DNA of 64,000 nt from Candidatus Omnitrophota bacterium (GCA_043797665.1 JAZDPL010000073.1:1-64000), one strand, 5' to 3'. Positions 1 through 11,237 are shown, counted from the stretch's first letter. Notes: generated from the sequence alone by a model not told the origin. Made by a program: numbers and translations.

Positions 1-80
1 ACCGCCACTTTTTCTAACTCATTTAGAAAGTGGGGGATTTTCACCGCCACAAACTGGGGAAAAGTAAACCGCCACTGACA
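1..80. mobile_element. Probable IS21-family insertion sequence end (rest lies outside the window)
   Basis: ACCGCCAC occurs three times (1, 43, 68), the last two preceded by TGGGG, and the segment ends in TGACA. Multiple subterminal repeats with a CA terminus are typical of IS21 ends. Confidence 0.6.
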
Positions 81-154
81 AAAATACCCCTCCTGGTTAC
101 AGGAATGTTACTTTTGCCTTGCTTAATCAGAAATTATTGAAAAACCGACAGGAC

Positions 155-184
155 TTGACAGAAGGGGCGACGTTGTGGGATAAT
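155..184 (+). promoter_or_regulatory. Putative sigma70 promoter of locus 1
   Basis: TTGACA (155-160), 18 nt, GATAAT (179-184) with an upstream TG. Confidence 0.45.
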
Positions 185-263
185 TGACGATGTAAGAGTT
201 ATCATAACAAGTATTACAAGTTGTCGGACCATCAGTTTCGCGCCACACAGGGAGGGAACCGAT

Positions 264-1328
264 ATGGACGCAAAAAGAAGAGTTGTTAAAACCCTCATTG
301 CTGCCTGGTTTGTGCTGTCCTTGTTATTTTGTGCGAAATGTCTGTGCGCCGCCCCGAATGTAAATCCCGGCTGGGACCTGAAGACCGGAACAGCCAGCGT
401 TTTTTCAAGCGGTGGGGCCGAGGGAATGGAGGGAATTAAAATTTCTCTTCCGCCGGGAACCAATGAATCCGGCGTCCTGACGGAAAAACCAGGCTGGCCT
501 GTGGAGCCAAACTCCGAATATGCGGTAACCCTGCGCCTCAAGAGCCAGGACGTTCCAGCCGCGATACTTTCTGTTACCGAAACCAATGCCAGCGGAGATG
601 TAGTCCGGCCCTGGCACGGCATTCGTACGTTTCATACCGTTCCCGCGGAATGGAACTACTTTACCCACGGTTTTTTCACCGGTCCGGACACCAGTTTTGT
701 TCTCTTTGAAGTCCGGGCCAATGCCTGCGGGACGAATAAGGATAAGCAGGTAGAACTGTTCTTTGCCAGTTTGAGCATTGTCAGGCGCGGACCGGCCCCT
801 GAGGTGGGGGAGAAAGGGATGGAGCAGGTGCTCGACCCGGGTTTAGAGAAGAGTCCGACAGGCATCTTAACGCAGCAAAAGACCTCGCCGGGAACTTTCT
901 GGATCCAACACGCCGGATACATTGGCAAACTTACCATCATGGCGGATGGCAGGGCTCATGACGGCAAGCAATACCTGCACAGCGAAACCGTAACGGCAAG
1001 TTTACCAAGCGGTATCATCCAGGAGAATAAATTTCCTCTGTCTGCCGGAAGCCTCGTTTCCATATCTTTCTGGGTACGCGGACGCGGAGAAGCCTATTCA
1101 AGCATCTCTTTTATTAACAATCAAGGGGGATGGATGTACGGAAATGGAGTAAACAAGATTATTGATTCTCCGGATAAATGGGAGAACGTGAAAAGTGAAT
1201 TCAAGGTTGAAGACCTTGCCGTTGCCCGGAGCCAAATAGTGTTTTACAATTTCGGCAGCCTGGATTTGGACGACTATTCGGTGGTCGTATATCCGCCGAA
1301 ACCCTTGCCGTTGCCTGAGGTGGAATAG
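264..1328 (+). CDS. Secreted protein with carbohydrate-binding (galactose-binding-like) domains
   Basis: Signal peptide; two beta-sandwich-like segments (e.g. ISFWVRGRG...WENVKSEF...LDDYSV); SD GGAGG. Confidence 0.55.
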   Translation: MDAKRRVVKTLIAAWFVLSLLFCAKCLCAAPNVNPGWDLKTGTASVFSSGGAEGMEGIKISLPPGTNESGVLTEKPGWPVEPNSEYAVTLRLKSQDVPAAILSVTETNASGDVVRPWHGIRTFHTVPAEWNYFTHGFFTGPDTSFVLFEVRANACGTNKDKQVELFFASLSIVRRGPAPEVGEKGMEQVLDPGLEKSPTGILTQQKTSPGTFWIQHAGYIGKLTIMADGRAHDGKQYLHSETVTASLPSGIIQENKFPLSAGSLVSISFWVRGRGEAYSSISFINNQGGWMYGNGVNKIIDSPDKWENVKSEFKVEDLAVARSQIVFYNFGSLDLDDYSVVVYPPKPLPLPEVE

Positions 1329-1331
1329 CAT

Positions 1332-3254
1332 ATGACTGCATTGGTCAGGAACCGGTTCTTTTTTTCAGCCGTGATTCTGTTCTGGTCTTTTCAGACGGCT
1401 TGGGCGCAGACAATATCGCTGGTTAAGACGGAAGACGGGAATTATCGTCTTCGCAACGAATTTGTCAGCCTGACGGTGGACGCGGGCCACGGCGGCCGCA
1501 TCGTTCAATTCGCATACCTGCCGACCGGCCATGAATATGCCGGCGGAAAAGGGCTCTCCCTGGCCATCGACCACTTCTGGGAACAACCCTGGCCCGGAGA
1601 ACTGATGGACGCAGCGTATGAGGTTGTCGGCCAGAACGCCGACGACAACCGGGTCTCCCTGAAGTTGCGCCGGACGGTCAGCGGCCGCTGGGGAGAAAAA
1701 ATGCAGAACAACCTGGCCGGCCTTGTTTTTGAGAAGGAAATTGGCATTGAAACAGGGAGCAGGGCGGTCCAGGTTCAGGTGCGCGTCCTTAACTTCAATT
1801 CTTCCCCGCGGAATATGCAGTATTGGGCGCAGCATATCTATACTCTCGGCGGACGTCCGGAAGACCAGACTTACTACCGGCCGGGCCTCGGGGGAATAAT
1901 TTCGGGCCGCTTTGAACACGGCGGCATCGGGGACGACTGGGTCCGGGACCCAATTGCCGGCTGGAGCGCCGGACACAACCAAAAGACCGGCAACAGCCTT
2001 CTTTTCCTGGTTGACTTCCAAAAACTCGATGCTTTTTACAACTGTTTGAGCGCCGGAACGCACGAATGGCTTATGGAGCCGGCCGTGATCCCCCCAAACA
2101 GTTCCTGGGAAACAGCCTATCTAATCCTGCCGTACCGACAGGACAACCCTCCGGTCTTTGCTTCCAATGATTTTATCCTGGGCATAGAGTTCCTTCCGGC
2201 CTCAGACCGTCTGGGGATGCGCCTGACCGCCCAGTCAGGCGCCAAGCCTGGCGGTGAGTTTACCTGGCAGGCCGAAACCCTTCTTTTCCCGGACCGGAAA
2301 ATTATCGACAAGAAGAGCGAGCATATCACTCTTTCCGATTTCGCATCCTGGAAGAAGGAGGCGGAAATCGGAAAGTACGGCACCGATGACCTGGTGATAA
2401 AAAGTTCCGTCGGCAATCAGAACAAGGCAATATTTGAAACGCTTTTCGGAGGAAAACAAGCACAACGTACTTCAATGGGTCTCCCGCCCAACCGCTATAA
2501 ACTCCTCGGTCCGGAAGCCAAAAAGACGGACAATTCCAAAGAGGATTCTCTGGAAAGCGGCGCGGAGCCGCGGACCCGAAAGACCGGAAAAGTCCTCTAT
2601 GTCCACGGACTGTATGCGCCGCTCTGGAAGGTTTCCGGGGCGGTCAAAGCCGCAGGGTTAACGGTAGAAGACGCCTACTTCCAGAAACTCGTCAACGCCG
2701 AGCAAAAAATATACGGATATCCGGATAAGTCCGCCCTTGATGATTACGACGCGGTCATGCTCGCAGACGTACCGGCCGCCGCCATGCGTAATGACGGACT
2801 TCGTTCTCTGGTGAATTACGTGCGCAGGGGCGGCGGTTTGCTTGTTCTGGGCGGACCGACCAGTTTCGGAAACGGCGGCTATGATGACACGGTTATGGAT
2901 TCCCTTATCCCTTTCCGCATTACCGGGCCGTTCGACAACCAGCCGGTGCCGGAAGGAGAACGCCGTCTGGGAAGGCCGGGGGGAATCCTGCCCAAAACGC
3001 TTGATTTTTCAAAGAATCCGTCTGTCTTCTGGGCCAACAAGCCGGGTGAGTTGAAGACAGGCGCGGAAGTATGGCTGCAATTCGGCTCCAAACCTCTTAT
3101 CGCGGCCTGGCAGGTGGGGGGAGGCCGGGTGGTGGCTGTAACCGGCTCAGTGCTTGGCACGCCGGGGCCCGGAGAGATGCTTTTTACCGAATGGGTTGAA
3201 TGGCCCAATATACTGCAATTGCTTATCCAATGGATTGGCGGGGGTTCTTCGTGA
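1332..3254 (+). CDS. Secreted protein with N-terminal mutarotase-like fold and C-terminal class I glutamine-amidotransferase-like domain
   Basis: Signal peptide; LRNEFVSLTVDAGHGGRIV; YDAVMLADVPA...YVRRGGGLLVLGGPTSFGNGGY. Confidence 0.6.
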   Translation: MTALVRNRFFFSAVILFWSFQTAWAQTISLVKTEDGNYRLRNEFVSLTVDAGHGGRIVQFAYLPTGHEYAGGKGLSLAIDHFWEQPWPGELMDAAYEVVGQNADDNRVSLKLRRTVSGRWGEKMQNNLAGLVFEKEIGIETGSRAVQVQVRVLNFNSSPRNMQYWAQHIYTLGGRPEDQTYYRPGLGGIISGRFEHGGIGDDWVRDPIAGWSAGHNQKTGNSLLFLVDFQKLDAFYNCLSAGTHEWLMEPAVIPPNSSWETAYLILPYRQDNPPVFASNDFILGIEFLPASDRLGMRLTAQSGAKPGGEFTWQAETLLFPDRKIIDKKSEHITLSDFASWKKEAEIGKYGTDDLVIKSSVGNQNKAIFETLFGGKQAQRTSMGLPPNRYKLLGPEAKKTDNSKEDSLESGAEPRTRKTGKVLYVHGLYAPLWKVSGAVKAAGLTVEDAYFQKLVNAEQKIYGYPDKSALDDYDAVMLADVPAAAMRNDGLRSLVNYVRRGGGLLVLGGPTSFGNGGYDDTVMDSLIPFRITGPFDNQPVPEGERRLGRPGGILPKTLDFSKNPSVFWANKPGELKTGAEVWLQFGSKPLIAAWQVGGGRVVAVTGSVLGTPGPGEMLFTEWVEWPNILQLLIQWIGGGSS

Positions 3255-5155
3255 ACAGGGGCAATCTTTTTCTGGTCTTCTGTTTTTCCATCATTTTACT
3301 CGGCCTGAGAGCGCCGCTGTACGCAGAGCTCACGCTCGTTTCCTGCGAACCCGATAAGGTTTACTACGAGCCGGGGGAAACGGTAAAGATATCGGTTGAG
3401 GTGAAGAACGGCGGTGATGAGGAGACAACGAACAACCTGCGCATCTCGGTGAAATGGAACCTCGCGGACCGCAAAGAATTCGGGCTTATACCGATTTCCC
3501 TTAAGCCGGGGGAGATTTTAAGAACGAACGTTTCCTGGGTTCCCCAGGAAGAATCATGGGGGTGCGAAATAACCGGGGAACTGCTCAACAGCCGGGACGG
3601 CACGGTCCTCACGCGTAAGAGCGAAACCTGTGCGGTGCATCATACCCCGTTCGCCGTCGGACAGCATGTCGGCATTTTCGGGGCCATGACGAAACCCGGC
3701 CAGGGCTTCTTCGCAAATCTCGGCGGTTTTCGCTGGCCGGCGGAAGAGTTGATGGAAACCGCCCGCCGTTATTATGCTACCTGGTGTGAACAGTTTGCCT
3801 GGGCGCCCTCTGATTTCGACTACCTCGCGCCGAAAGAGGAGACCTGGTGGTCCGGCAATGGTTATTATCTACAGTCCAAAGCGGGAATCAAAAACGTGAT
3901 TGATGAGGGACATCGCCGCGGCATCCGCGCCTTCATGTACACGTGGAACGGCGCCACCGTCTTGCCGGGGCTTGAATTTGCCCGGCAGCATCCGGAATGG
4001 ATTCAGCGCACGTCTCTGGGGCAGTTTGTCGGCCGGTATGACCAGCGGTTTTTTGAAGTGGAAGTTCCCTTAATCATCAATGAAGATTCCCGGGGCGGCG
4101 AGGTGAATATTAATCGTTATTTAACGGTGGATGTGTATGACCCGGCGGCCATAGATTTCACGACCAGAGAAGTTATCCGTTCTATAGAAATGTTCGGATG
4201 GGACGGAATCCGCTTTGACGGGCACTGGGTGCTGGAGGGGATATCCTGGGACGGCGAGACAGTCTATGGATATGACGGCTGTATGCAGGCGCACGGCCAG
4301 GACCCTGACCTTCTGTCTCTGCGCAATATGAAACGCGGGACAGAGAACATTCATAAATTCTTTCCCAAATTCCTTTTCGGTTATAACTACGGTGTTGAAT
4401 ATCAGGCCGCGGGAGCCCGCCAGCCCAAGACGTTCGATTTCTGCGCGAAGGACGGCGTCATATTGTGGGAGTCCTCCCGCTGCATGTACCGGGAGGGCGA
4501 CCCAAACCATACCTGGGATGCGGCGCTTGACGCTTTCCGCCGCGAAACGGATATTACGCGCAAGGCCGGCGGGTACGAATATGTCATATCCCCGGACCAG
4601 GGTCCGGTATCATTTGCGCCGGGGTTTGCCAGGCATTACCTGCCGGCGCTCTATGCGTCCGGCGCCCATCTTTTTGCCGTGGCATTTACCGACGAGGCGA
4701 GCCGGAAACATTATCCAGACGCTTCAACGGAAGAGGCTATTCCGATTCACCGGTTCGCCATGCGATACAGCCGTTTTCTCTATGACCGGGCTATCCGCTT
4801 CGGTATCCCGGCCGGCAGTGACTTCAAGATAGCGGGTGAAGGGCTCTGGCGGTCCGACCTGGTCACAACCCAGCCGGGTTTCAACAAGAATGAACTATTC
4901 GTCGTCTGCCACATCCTCGGGAAGCGGGCAACCGACACCATCAATCCAAACGATAAGGCTGAGCCGGTTCCGGTGACCCAAAGCCGGGTCTCCCTGGCGC
5001 TTCCTGCTTCACTGAAAATTCTGGAAGCATACTTGGTGGCGCCGGAAAAAGAACCCGTATCCATCGAATATGAATCAGGGGTTTTGCGGCAAACCCTTAT
5101 CCTGCCGGATACGCCGTACTGGTCGATGCTGGTTATTCGATTGAAAAGAATGTGA
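3251..5155 (+). CDS. Secreted glycoside hydrolase-like protein (GH66-like architecture)
   Basis: GTG start overlaps the upstream stop; [12 protein letters not shown]g-like N-terminus; TIM-barrel motif [10 protein letters not shown]. Confidence 0.5.
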   Translation: MNRGNLFLVFCFSIILLGLRAPLYAELTLVSCEPDKVYYEPGETVKISVEVKNGGDEETTNNLRISVKWNLADRKEFGLIPISLKPGEILRTNVSWVPQEESWGCEITGELLNSRDGTVLTRKSETCAVHHTPFAVGQHVGIFGAMTKPGQGFFANLGGFRWPAEELMETARRYYATWCEQFAWAPSDFDYLAPKEETWWSGNGYYLQSKAGIKNVIDEGHRRGIRAFMYTWNGATVLPGLEFARQHPEWIQRTSLGQFVGRYDQRFFEVEVPLIINEDSRGGEVNINRYLTVDVYDPAAIDFTTREVIRSIEMFGWDGIRFDGHWVLEGISWDGETVYGYDGCMQAHGQDPDLLSLRNMKRGTENIHKFFPKFLFGYNYGVEYQAAGARQPKTFDFCAKDGVILWESSRCMYREGDPNHTWDAALDAFRRETDITRKAGGYEYVISPDQGPVSFAPGFARHYLPALYASGAHLFAVAFTDEASRKHYPDASTEEAIPIHRFAMRYSRFLYDRAIRFGIPAGSDFKIAGEGLWRSDLVTTQPGFNKNELFVVCHILGKRATDTINPNDKAEPVPVTQSRVSLALPASLKILEAYLVAPEKEPVSIEYESGVLRQTLILPDTPYWSMLVIRLKRM

Positions 5156-5174
5156 ACGGGAACGATGGAAAGGG

Positions 5175-5915
5175 GTGATGCACGAAATGAAGAAAAAAGG
5201 TTTTACGTTGATCGAACTGTTAGTGGTCATTGCCATCATCGCCATCCTGGCGGCGATGCTCTTACCGGCACTTTCCCAGGCGAGAGAAAAGGCGAGAGGA
5301 TCGGTGTGTATGAACAATCTAAAACAGATCGGACTTATTTTTAATATGTATGCGGACGACTATGATGACGTCATCATACCATGGCGTTATCTTGGTGACA
5401 CCTGGTACTACTGGGACGAACAGGTAATCAGTTATCAGACCAGCCGGCCGGTCAAAAACGATATAGAAAACGTCATCTGCCAGCGTAAATGGATTACCAA
5501 CTGTCCCAGTGCTCTTCCGGCGAATTTGTCTGATAACGGAGACCCCGCCAACAATCCCAAGGGACGGGGTTCGTTCGGTCCAAATCTCTGTTTGATGGGT
5601 GATGCCTCGAAGACCCTTGCCGAGCTTCAGGCGCTTTATAATCCGCCTCAAAATGCCGCCGTCAGTCCTGTCTATAAGCGCGGCAGGGTCAGTGTACCGT
5701 CTCAAGCCTGTCTTCTCATGGACAGTAATAGCGGTAACCCCATCCATAGCATTTCTGCAGATGGTGTTGTTCCGAGCGGATACGAGGGTCAGATTCGCTG
5801 GCGGCACAATAACGGGGCGAACGGTCTTTTTTTGGACGGACATTCTGCCTGGATAAACCAGCCGTATCCGGCGATGAGCGATGCATTCTGGGCCGATCCG
5901 ACGTTCTGGCAGTAA
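5175..5915 (+). CDS. Prepilin-type N-terminal cleavage/methylation protein with H-X9-DG motif (DUF1559-like)
   Basis: KKKG^[47 protein letters not shown]. Confidence 0.9.
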   Translation: MMHEMKKKGFTLIELLVVIAIIAILAAMLLPALSQAREKARGSVCMNNLKQIGLIFNMYADDYDDVIIPWRYLGDTWYYWDEQVISYQTSRPVKNDIENVICQRKWITNCPSALPANLSDNGDPANNPKGRGSFGPNLCLMGDASKTLAELQALYNPPQNAAVSPVYKRGRVSVPSQACLLMDSNSGNPIHSISADGVVPSGYEGQIRWRHNNGANGLFLDGHSAWINQPYPAMSDAFWADPTFWQ

Positions 5916-5996
5916 TTTAACCAACAGGCATCAGGGTAATAAGGGATCATTTCACCAGACATTCTCCTGATGTCTGTTTTTTTACGGAGACAAAAA

Positions 5997-8096
5997 ATGA
6001 GCATAGAACCAATTCACCTGAAAAATAAGTGCCTGGAGGTCGTGTTTGACCCGCAAGGTCCAGGACGAATCAGTTTAATAGACCGGCGCAGTAAGAATAG
6101 GTGGGCCACCCCGGAATGCACGGCTCTCCTGGGCACCTATGAAACCGGGTATGAGCGGTTCGATGCGGAAGCAATCGTTCCTGAACTCGGGGTCAGGATT
6201 TCGTTACGCCGGACAGGAAGAGAGACCGTAGAGGCGACATACGACCTTCTCAGCAAGGGGTTTCAGATGCCGCTCCGGGGAGGGCTCCGGTTCAAGACGG
6301 TCTTTACCCTCCACCCCGATTATCTGGAATGGACTCTTCCCCTGAACGGCATTGTCAGGACCGACCCGGACCATGGCTACCGGCTTGCCTGGATAGAACC
6401 ATTCCCGAGATTCGGAGCCGTGCCTGCCGGTGCCGAGGGATACCTTTTTCTGCCGTACTACACAGGTACGCTTTTTTACTTCGACCGGAAGGACAGGCCG
6501 CTGGGCGCCGGTTCTCAAAAAGAGTTCCGCCGGCCGAACAGCGAAGGAGGCGTGGAATGGTTTCTGGGCCGGAAGGAAGAAGACTACCGGGAACACCGCA
6601 CCGTAATCTACGGTAGCCAGGCCACAATGTTTGAATGCCCGAACCTGCCTTACTTTGGGGCCGTCCGGGGAAAGACCGGTTTTATGATGCAGGCCACCTC
6701 CGGCGAATTCGATGCGGAACTGGTGACGCGCGTCAATGCCGGACCGGCCCGGGAAACCTCTTCCAATCTCCGGTTTCACCTTTTCCGTCACCACCGTGAA
6801 CGGATAGACCCGGTTGACCGGACCCTGAGAATCTATCCGTTGTGTGGTGAAGACGCCTCCTGGCAGGGGATGGCAAGGAAATACAGGGATTATCTGGTCC
6901 GGGAACGCGGCTTCGCAACCCTGGCGGAACGCAGCCGGAACAACCCGGTACTTGCGCAGATGAGCACCTCGTTTGTACAGCGGGGTTTAACCGGCTTCCG
7001 GAAACCATCGCTGGACGGTTACGGGCCATTCAATGATTTTATGAATTTTGACGATATGGCGAAGTCGCTCGCATTCCTCCGTCAGGCAGGGCTTAAACGG
7101 GTACGGTACACCTTCGCCGGTTTCAATACCGACGGGCACGACGGAATGTATCCGAAAATTTTTCCGGTGGAAAAACGGTATGGAGGAGAACCGGGATTCC
7201 GCCGCCTGATCAAAGAGGCACACGCGCTGGGCATACCGATGAACGTGCACGTCAATTTTCAGGCGGCGTTGAGAAAAAGCCCTGATTTCAACGAGGAAGA
7301 ACTTGCCAAGAAGCCCGACGGCACGCTGGTTACCAACGGCATCTGGGCAAGCGGCATTGACCTGCTCGTCTGCCCGACGGTGGCCCGTCCGCGTATGAAA
7401 AAGTGGAGCGCGACCTTGAAACAATACGGTGCGGACGGCCCTCTCTACTGTGACGCCATCTACATCGCCCGTACCGATTGCCATGACCCAAGCCATCCGC
7501 TGACACGCAGAGAACATTGTCTTGCCACCAAAGCCTGCCTGGCGGAAGGACGGAAGGTTTTTGGAGCGGTGGACATTGAATTCACCATCGCCGAGATGCT
7601 TGATGCGGTTGACGGTGCTATTTTTGTCCCGTATTTCGGTTACAGGAACGATTTCATGCCGACCTGGGATCTGCTGCATGCGGGCCTAGTGGACGAGATG
7701 GTACCGGCTTTCAATCTCGTCTGCCATGGCCTCATCACCTACTGTTACGACTACATGCCGCCCCATGCGTGGGAGAAGAAGCCTCCGGCCCGGGAAGTCG
7801 CCAAGCAGTTACAACTCTATCTCCTTCGTACAATTGAGGCCGGCGCGCTCCCCAAGGATGAATGGCGGGGTATTCCGAGCCAAACCCACCTGAAGAATAC
7901 GGCCTACCTGGAAAAGATTATCTGCCAGGACTTTGGACGCCTGCAACTGGAACAGATGGCGGACCATCGGATACCCGTGCCGGGCCTGGTGGAGACAATC
8001 TACGGTGACGGTACGTCCCTGTTCGTCAACTATAACGAGAAGACAATCCGGTACAAAGGGACAGCGTTTCCATCCCTGGCATATGGCGTGCGGTAA
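5997..8096 (+). CDS. Putative glycoside hydrolase (DUF5696 / GH101-GH129-like)
   Basis: WQGMARKYRDYL, GHDGMYPKIFP, YGGEPGFRRLI, C-terminal ETIYGDGTSLFVNY. Confidence 0.6.
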   Translation: MSIEPIHLKNKCLEVVFDPQGPGRISLIDRRSKNRWATPECTALLGTYETGYERFDAEAIVPELGVRISLRRTGRETVEATYDLLSKGFQMPLRGGLRFKTVFTLHPDYLEWTLPLNGIVRTDPDHGYRLAWIEPFPRFGAVPAGAEGYLFLPYYTGTLFYFDRKDRPLGAGSQKEFRRPNSEGGVEWFLGRKEEDYREHRTVIYGSQATMFECPNLPYFGAVRGKTGFMMQATSGEFDAELVTRVNAGPARETSSNLRFHLFRHHRERIDPVDRTLRIYPLCGEDASWQGMARKYRDYLVRERGFATLAERSRNNPVLAQMSTSFVQRGLTGFRKPSLDGYGPFNDFMNFDDMAKSLAFLRQAGLKRVRYTFAGFNTDGHDGMYPKIFPVEKRYGGEPGFRRLIKEAHALGIPMNVHVNFQAALRKSPDFNEEELAKKPDGTLVTNGIWASGIDLLVCPTVARPRMKKWSATLKQYGADGPLYCDAIYIARTDCHDPSHPLTRREHCLATKACLAEGRKVFGAVDIEFTIAEMLDAVDGAIFVPYFGYRNDFMPTWDLLHAGLVDEMVPAFNLVCHGLITYCYDYMPPHAWEKKPPAREVAKQLQLYLLRTIEAGALPKDEWRGIPSQTHLKNTAYLEKIICQDFGRLQLEQMADHRIPVPGLVETIYGDGTSLFVNYNEKTIRYKGTAFPSLAYGVR

Positions 8097-8132
8097 AGCC
8101 CCGGGCTGGTAAAGACGCCCAAACCGACTAAC

Positions 8133-8228
8133 ATGAAAAAAGACCATAAAACAATGAAAATCTGTTTTGCAGCCGAAGAGTCCGCTGACCGGGGTGAACT
8201 CGTCCGTCTCGCCGACTTTATTGATTAG
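8133..8228 (+). pseudogene. Possible 3' remnant of a Gfo/Idh/MocA oxidoreductase
   Basis: Translates MKKDHKTMKICFAAEESADRGELVRLADFID*, resembling the C-terminal AAxES..G..V.L motif. Confidence 0.4.
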
Positions 8229-8286
8229 AGACAGGCAGGAAAACCACCGAAACCATCATTTCTTACACACGAAGAGAGGAGAAGGA

Positions 8287-10401
8287 ATGATTCTTGGTGT
8301 TCAATACTACCGTCCGCCTTTTCCGGAAGAAAAGTATTGGGAAGATGATTTTGTCCGTATCAAGGATGCCGGACTGGATATAGTCCAGTTATGGATCGTC
8401 TGGGCCTGGGTGGAGCCCGGTCCGGGAAGGTTCATTTTTGATGATTACGACCGGCTGGTCAAACTGGCCGATAAACACGGCCTGGGTGTGATTCTCAGCA
8501 CCATCGCGGAGGTTCAGCCATACTGGATTCATCGCGTGGTTCCGCAGAGCGAAATGGTAGACCACACGGGGCGAAAGGTCGTTTCGTCCAATCGAGAGGA
8601 ATGCCATTTCGGCATTACGCCCGGAGGCTGCACCGACCATCCTGAAGTCTGGGATAGGATGAAGAAGTTTCTAAGCGAAACAGCGGTCCGCTATCGTTCG
8701 GCCCGAAACCTTCGGGGCTGGGACGTTTGGAATGAACTGCGGTGGAGTGAACGGGCCAACGGGTTGGTCTGTTTTTGTGAATACACCCTACAGGCATTCC
8801 GGGGCTGGCTTGATGACAGGTATCGCGGACTCGACGGTTTAAACAAGGCATGGAAGCGACGCTATATGCACTGGGAAGAGGTAATACCCGGGAGGCTTCC
8901 GGAAGGTCCGTATACGGAAACGATGGCTTTCGAACATTTTCTGACCTGGCGGGCAAACCAACACGGCAAGAGACGGTATGACCTGATGAAGGGGCTTGAT
9001 CCGGTTCACCCCATTACGCTGCACGGCGGGTCTCCGACCCCTTTTTATATCGGCTCTTTGGAGAATTGCCCGAGCCATGCGCTGGAAAGAGGCAACGATT
9101 GGTTTTACGCCGATGTTCTGGACGGAATCGGATGTTCCAGTTTCCCAAAGTGGTTTGGGGAAGATGACGCCGCTTTTGGTGTACGCATTGAAACCATCAA
9201 ATCCGCAGCGCGGGACAAATTGCTCTGGTTAAGCGAGGTCCAGGGGGGAACTTCTGCCGTGGGATTCAAAACATTCCCGCCGGTTGATGCAGTTTCACAG
9301 CAACGATGGATTTGGAATGGGTTAGCCTGCGGTGTGGACACGCTTATATTCTGGTGCTGGCGCGACGAGGTCTTCGGAAGAGAGTCAGGCGGTTTCGGAA
9401 TTTCCGGCAATGATGGTTTGGCAAAAGACCGGTTGGCGGCATTAAGAACCACCAGCAATCTGATCAAGAAGCACCGGGCTGTCTTGAACGGCTGTAAAAC
9501 AACAGAAGCCGAAGTGGGGGTGTTTTTCAGCCCGCAGTCTTATTACTTGCATTGGGCCCAGGAAGGCAGCGCATATACTCCATGGTGCGGTCTGATGGGT
9601 TATGGCCGTGCTTTGGTGCGAAAATCCATTCCTTTCATCGTTGTGGAAGAGGAACATCTTGAGGCCTTGTCAGGGCTGAAGATATTGTTTTTGCCCCGGA
9701 TGGCTGTCGCCGATGAATCCGTTGAAAAAACCCTGGAGAAATTCGTCAGAAACGGCGGGGTACTGGTCTGCGAATCCGAATGCGGCGCTTTTAATTCTCA
9801 GGGACTATACCGTTATCCTGAAGACAGGTTTTCGGCCCGTCTGAGCGGTATCCGCGAGGTTGGAAGGCGCCTCCTCGACCGTGACGGCATCAAAGTAAAC
9901 GTTGATGGACAGAGAGTAAATTTAGGCGTATCGCAGTGGTTTACGCCCCGGGAAAAAGGAAAAGGGAGGGTGATGGCCGGCTGCCGCGAAGGCAACCTGG
10001 TGGTAGAACTACCCTTGGGAAAAGGAAGACTGGTTCTTTGCGGGACGTATTTTGGAGACGCATATTTCCAGAACTGGACAGCCGGATTTGAAGATTTTGT
10101 TGAATTGATGGCACGAAGTGCCGGCTGGAGTTCTGACGTCGAGGTGTTGTTTCCGCGCTCCACGCGGGACTCATTCACCTACGTTAAGAGTTCGGTTTCT
10201 AACGGTAAGAGAGTGGTCTTCGTACTCTTTCCAAGAGATCACAACCGGGTTCGTCTAAGATTCAAGCCGGATTTTTTCCACTCCAGCAAGTTGAAAGAGT
10301 TGGTGTCGGGTACAAAGGCGGTGCTTTTAAAAACCAGGACCGGCCGTGAATGTACGCTGCGCGCACCGGAATGCGGGTTTTCCATTCTGGTTGAGAGTTA
10401 A
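8287..10401 (+). CDS. Beta-galactosidase-like, GH42
   Basis: LGVQYY, WAWVEPGPGRF, WDVWNE (acid/base), WLSEVQGG (nucleophile), trimerisation domain. Confidence 0.8.
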   Translation: MILGVQYYRPPFPEEKYWEDDFVRIKDAGLDIVQLWIVWAWVEPGPGRFIFDDYDRLVKLADKHGLGVILSTIAEVQPYWIHRVVPQSEMVDHTGRKVVSSNREECHFGITPGGCTDHPEVWDRMKKFLSETAVRYRSARNLRGWDVWNELRWSERANGLVCFCEYTLQAFRGWLDDRYRGLDGLNKAWKRRYMHWEEVIPGRLPEGPYTETMAFEHFLTWRANQHGKRRYDLMKGLDPVHPITLHGGSPTPFYIGSLENCPSHALERGNDWFYADVLDGIGCSSFPKWFGEDDAAFGVRIETIKSAARDKLLWLSEVQGGTSAVGFKTFPPVDAVSQQRWIWNGLACGVDTLIFWCWRDEVFGRESGGFGISGNDGLAKDRLAALRTTSNLIKKHRAVLNGCKTTEAEVGVFFSPQSYYLHWAQEGSAYTPWCGLMGYGRALVRKSIPFIVVEEEHLEALSGLKILFLPRMAVADESVEKTLEKFVRNGGVLVCESECGAFNSQGLYRYPEDRFSARLSGIREVGRRLLDRDGIKVNVDGQRVNLGVSQWFTPREKGKGRVMAGCREGNLVVELPLGKGRLVLCGTYFGDAYFQNWTAGFEDFVELMARSAGWSSDVEVLFPRSTRDSFTYVKSSVSNGKRVVFVLFPRDHNRVRLRFKPDFFHSSKLKELVSGTKAVLLKTRTGRECTLRAPECGFSILVES

Positions 10402-10427
10402 TGCGCAATTTGACCTTCACCCTACTT

Positions 10428-11237
10428 CTAAAACTCCCACGATAGTTTGGTAGGCAGTCCAAAGAAAGGAGCCAGATCTCTGTAGAACGCAAGATGACCC
10501 GACGGTCCGGGATGAAAGGAATCAGACATCCGCATCCAGAGTTTGTTTGGATTGGAGACCGGAGGGCCGTCGTGAGAAGCATCCGCCTCCATCCAGGACT
10601 TGTAGTGGTCAACCACCGGAACATTCAGTTCCTTGCCAAGCGCGACAATTTTCTTGGCCACCTCCCCTTTGTCGGAACCCGGCCACTCTTTTCCGGCGAC
10701 TACCGCAGGGGTTACCGGCGGCTGGTTGACGGCGATGACCGGGTTCGGGGTCCTTAAAAGAACTTCTGCTTTACCGGAAGCCCTTATCTTTTGAACTATC
10801 TTTCTGAGGGCATCCATATTACCGTCCCAGTAGCAGATTATCACCAGGTCGGGGCTAAACCTGAGAACATCCCGGTCCAGTCTTGCCAGACCCCCGGAGG
10901 CACTTTCTCCGGAACAGCCGGCATTTATCATTATTACCCGGTTGGCCCCGTACTTTTCATAGAGCGCTTCCTGCAGGAGACCGGTCCAGTTTAAATATCC
11001 CCTGGTATGGAAGGTCAGTTCCGTATTGGAATCGCCTAAGGCTACGATTGTAACCTGCTCCCCTTTTGCCAGTTTGGACAATAGTTGCTCGAGTCTTGGC
11101 TGTGCCATTTCTTTTGCCTCCATTTGTCTGTTATCCGTGATGTCGCCGGCCTGGATTCGGACATCGGCGGCGGATGCGCTGGTTAGCGCGGAGATTGCCA
11201 TAAGCATGCCAACTCCTATTATCCGTATCGCTCGCAT
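10428..11237 (-). CDS. SGNH/GDSL hydrolase, secreted
   Basis: ALGDSNT, INAGCSG, DSFHPG; signal peptide; start moved to MRAIRII after SD AAGGAG. Confidence 0.85.
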   Translation of the reverse strand: MRAIRIIGVGMLMAISALTSASAADVRIQAGDITDNRQMEAKEMAQPRLEQLLSKLAKGEQVTIVALGDSNTELTFHTRGYLNWTGLLQEALYEKYGANRVIMINAGCSGESASGGLARLDRDVLRFSPDLVIICYWDGNMDALRKIVQKIRASGKAEVLLRTPNPVIAVNQPPVTPAVVAGKEWPGSDKGEVAKKIVALGKELNVPVVDHYKSWMEADASHDGPPVSNPNKLWMRMSDSFHPGPSGHLAFYRDLAPFFGLPTKLSWEF

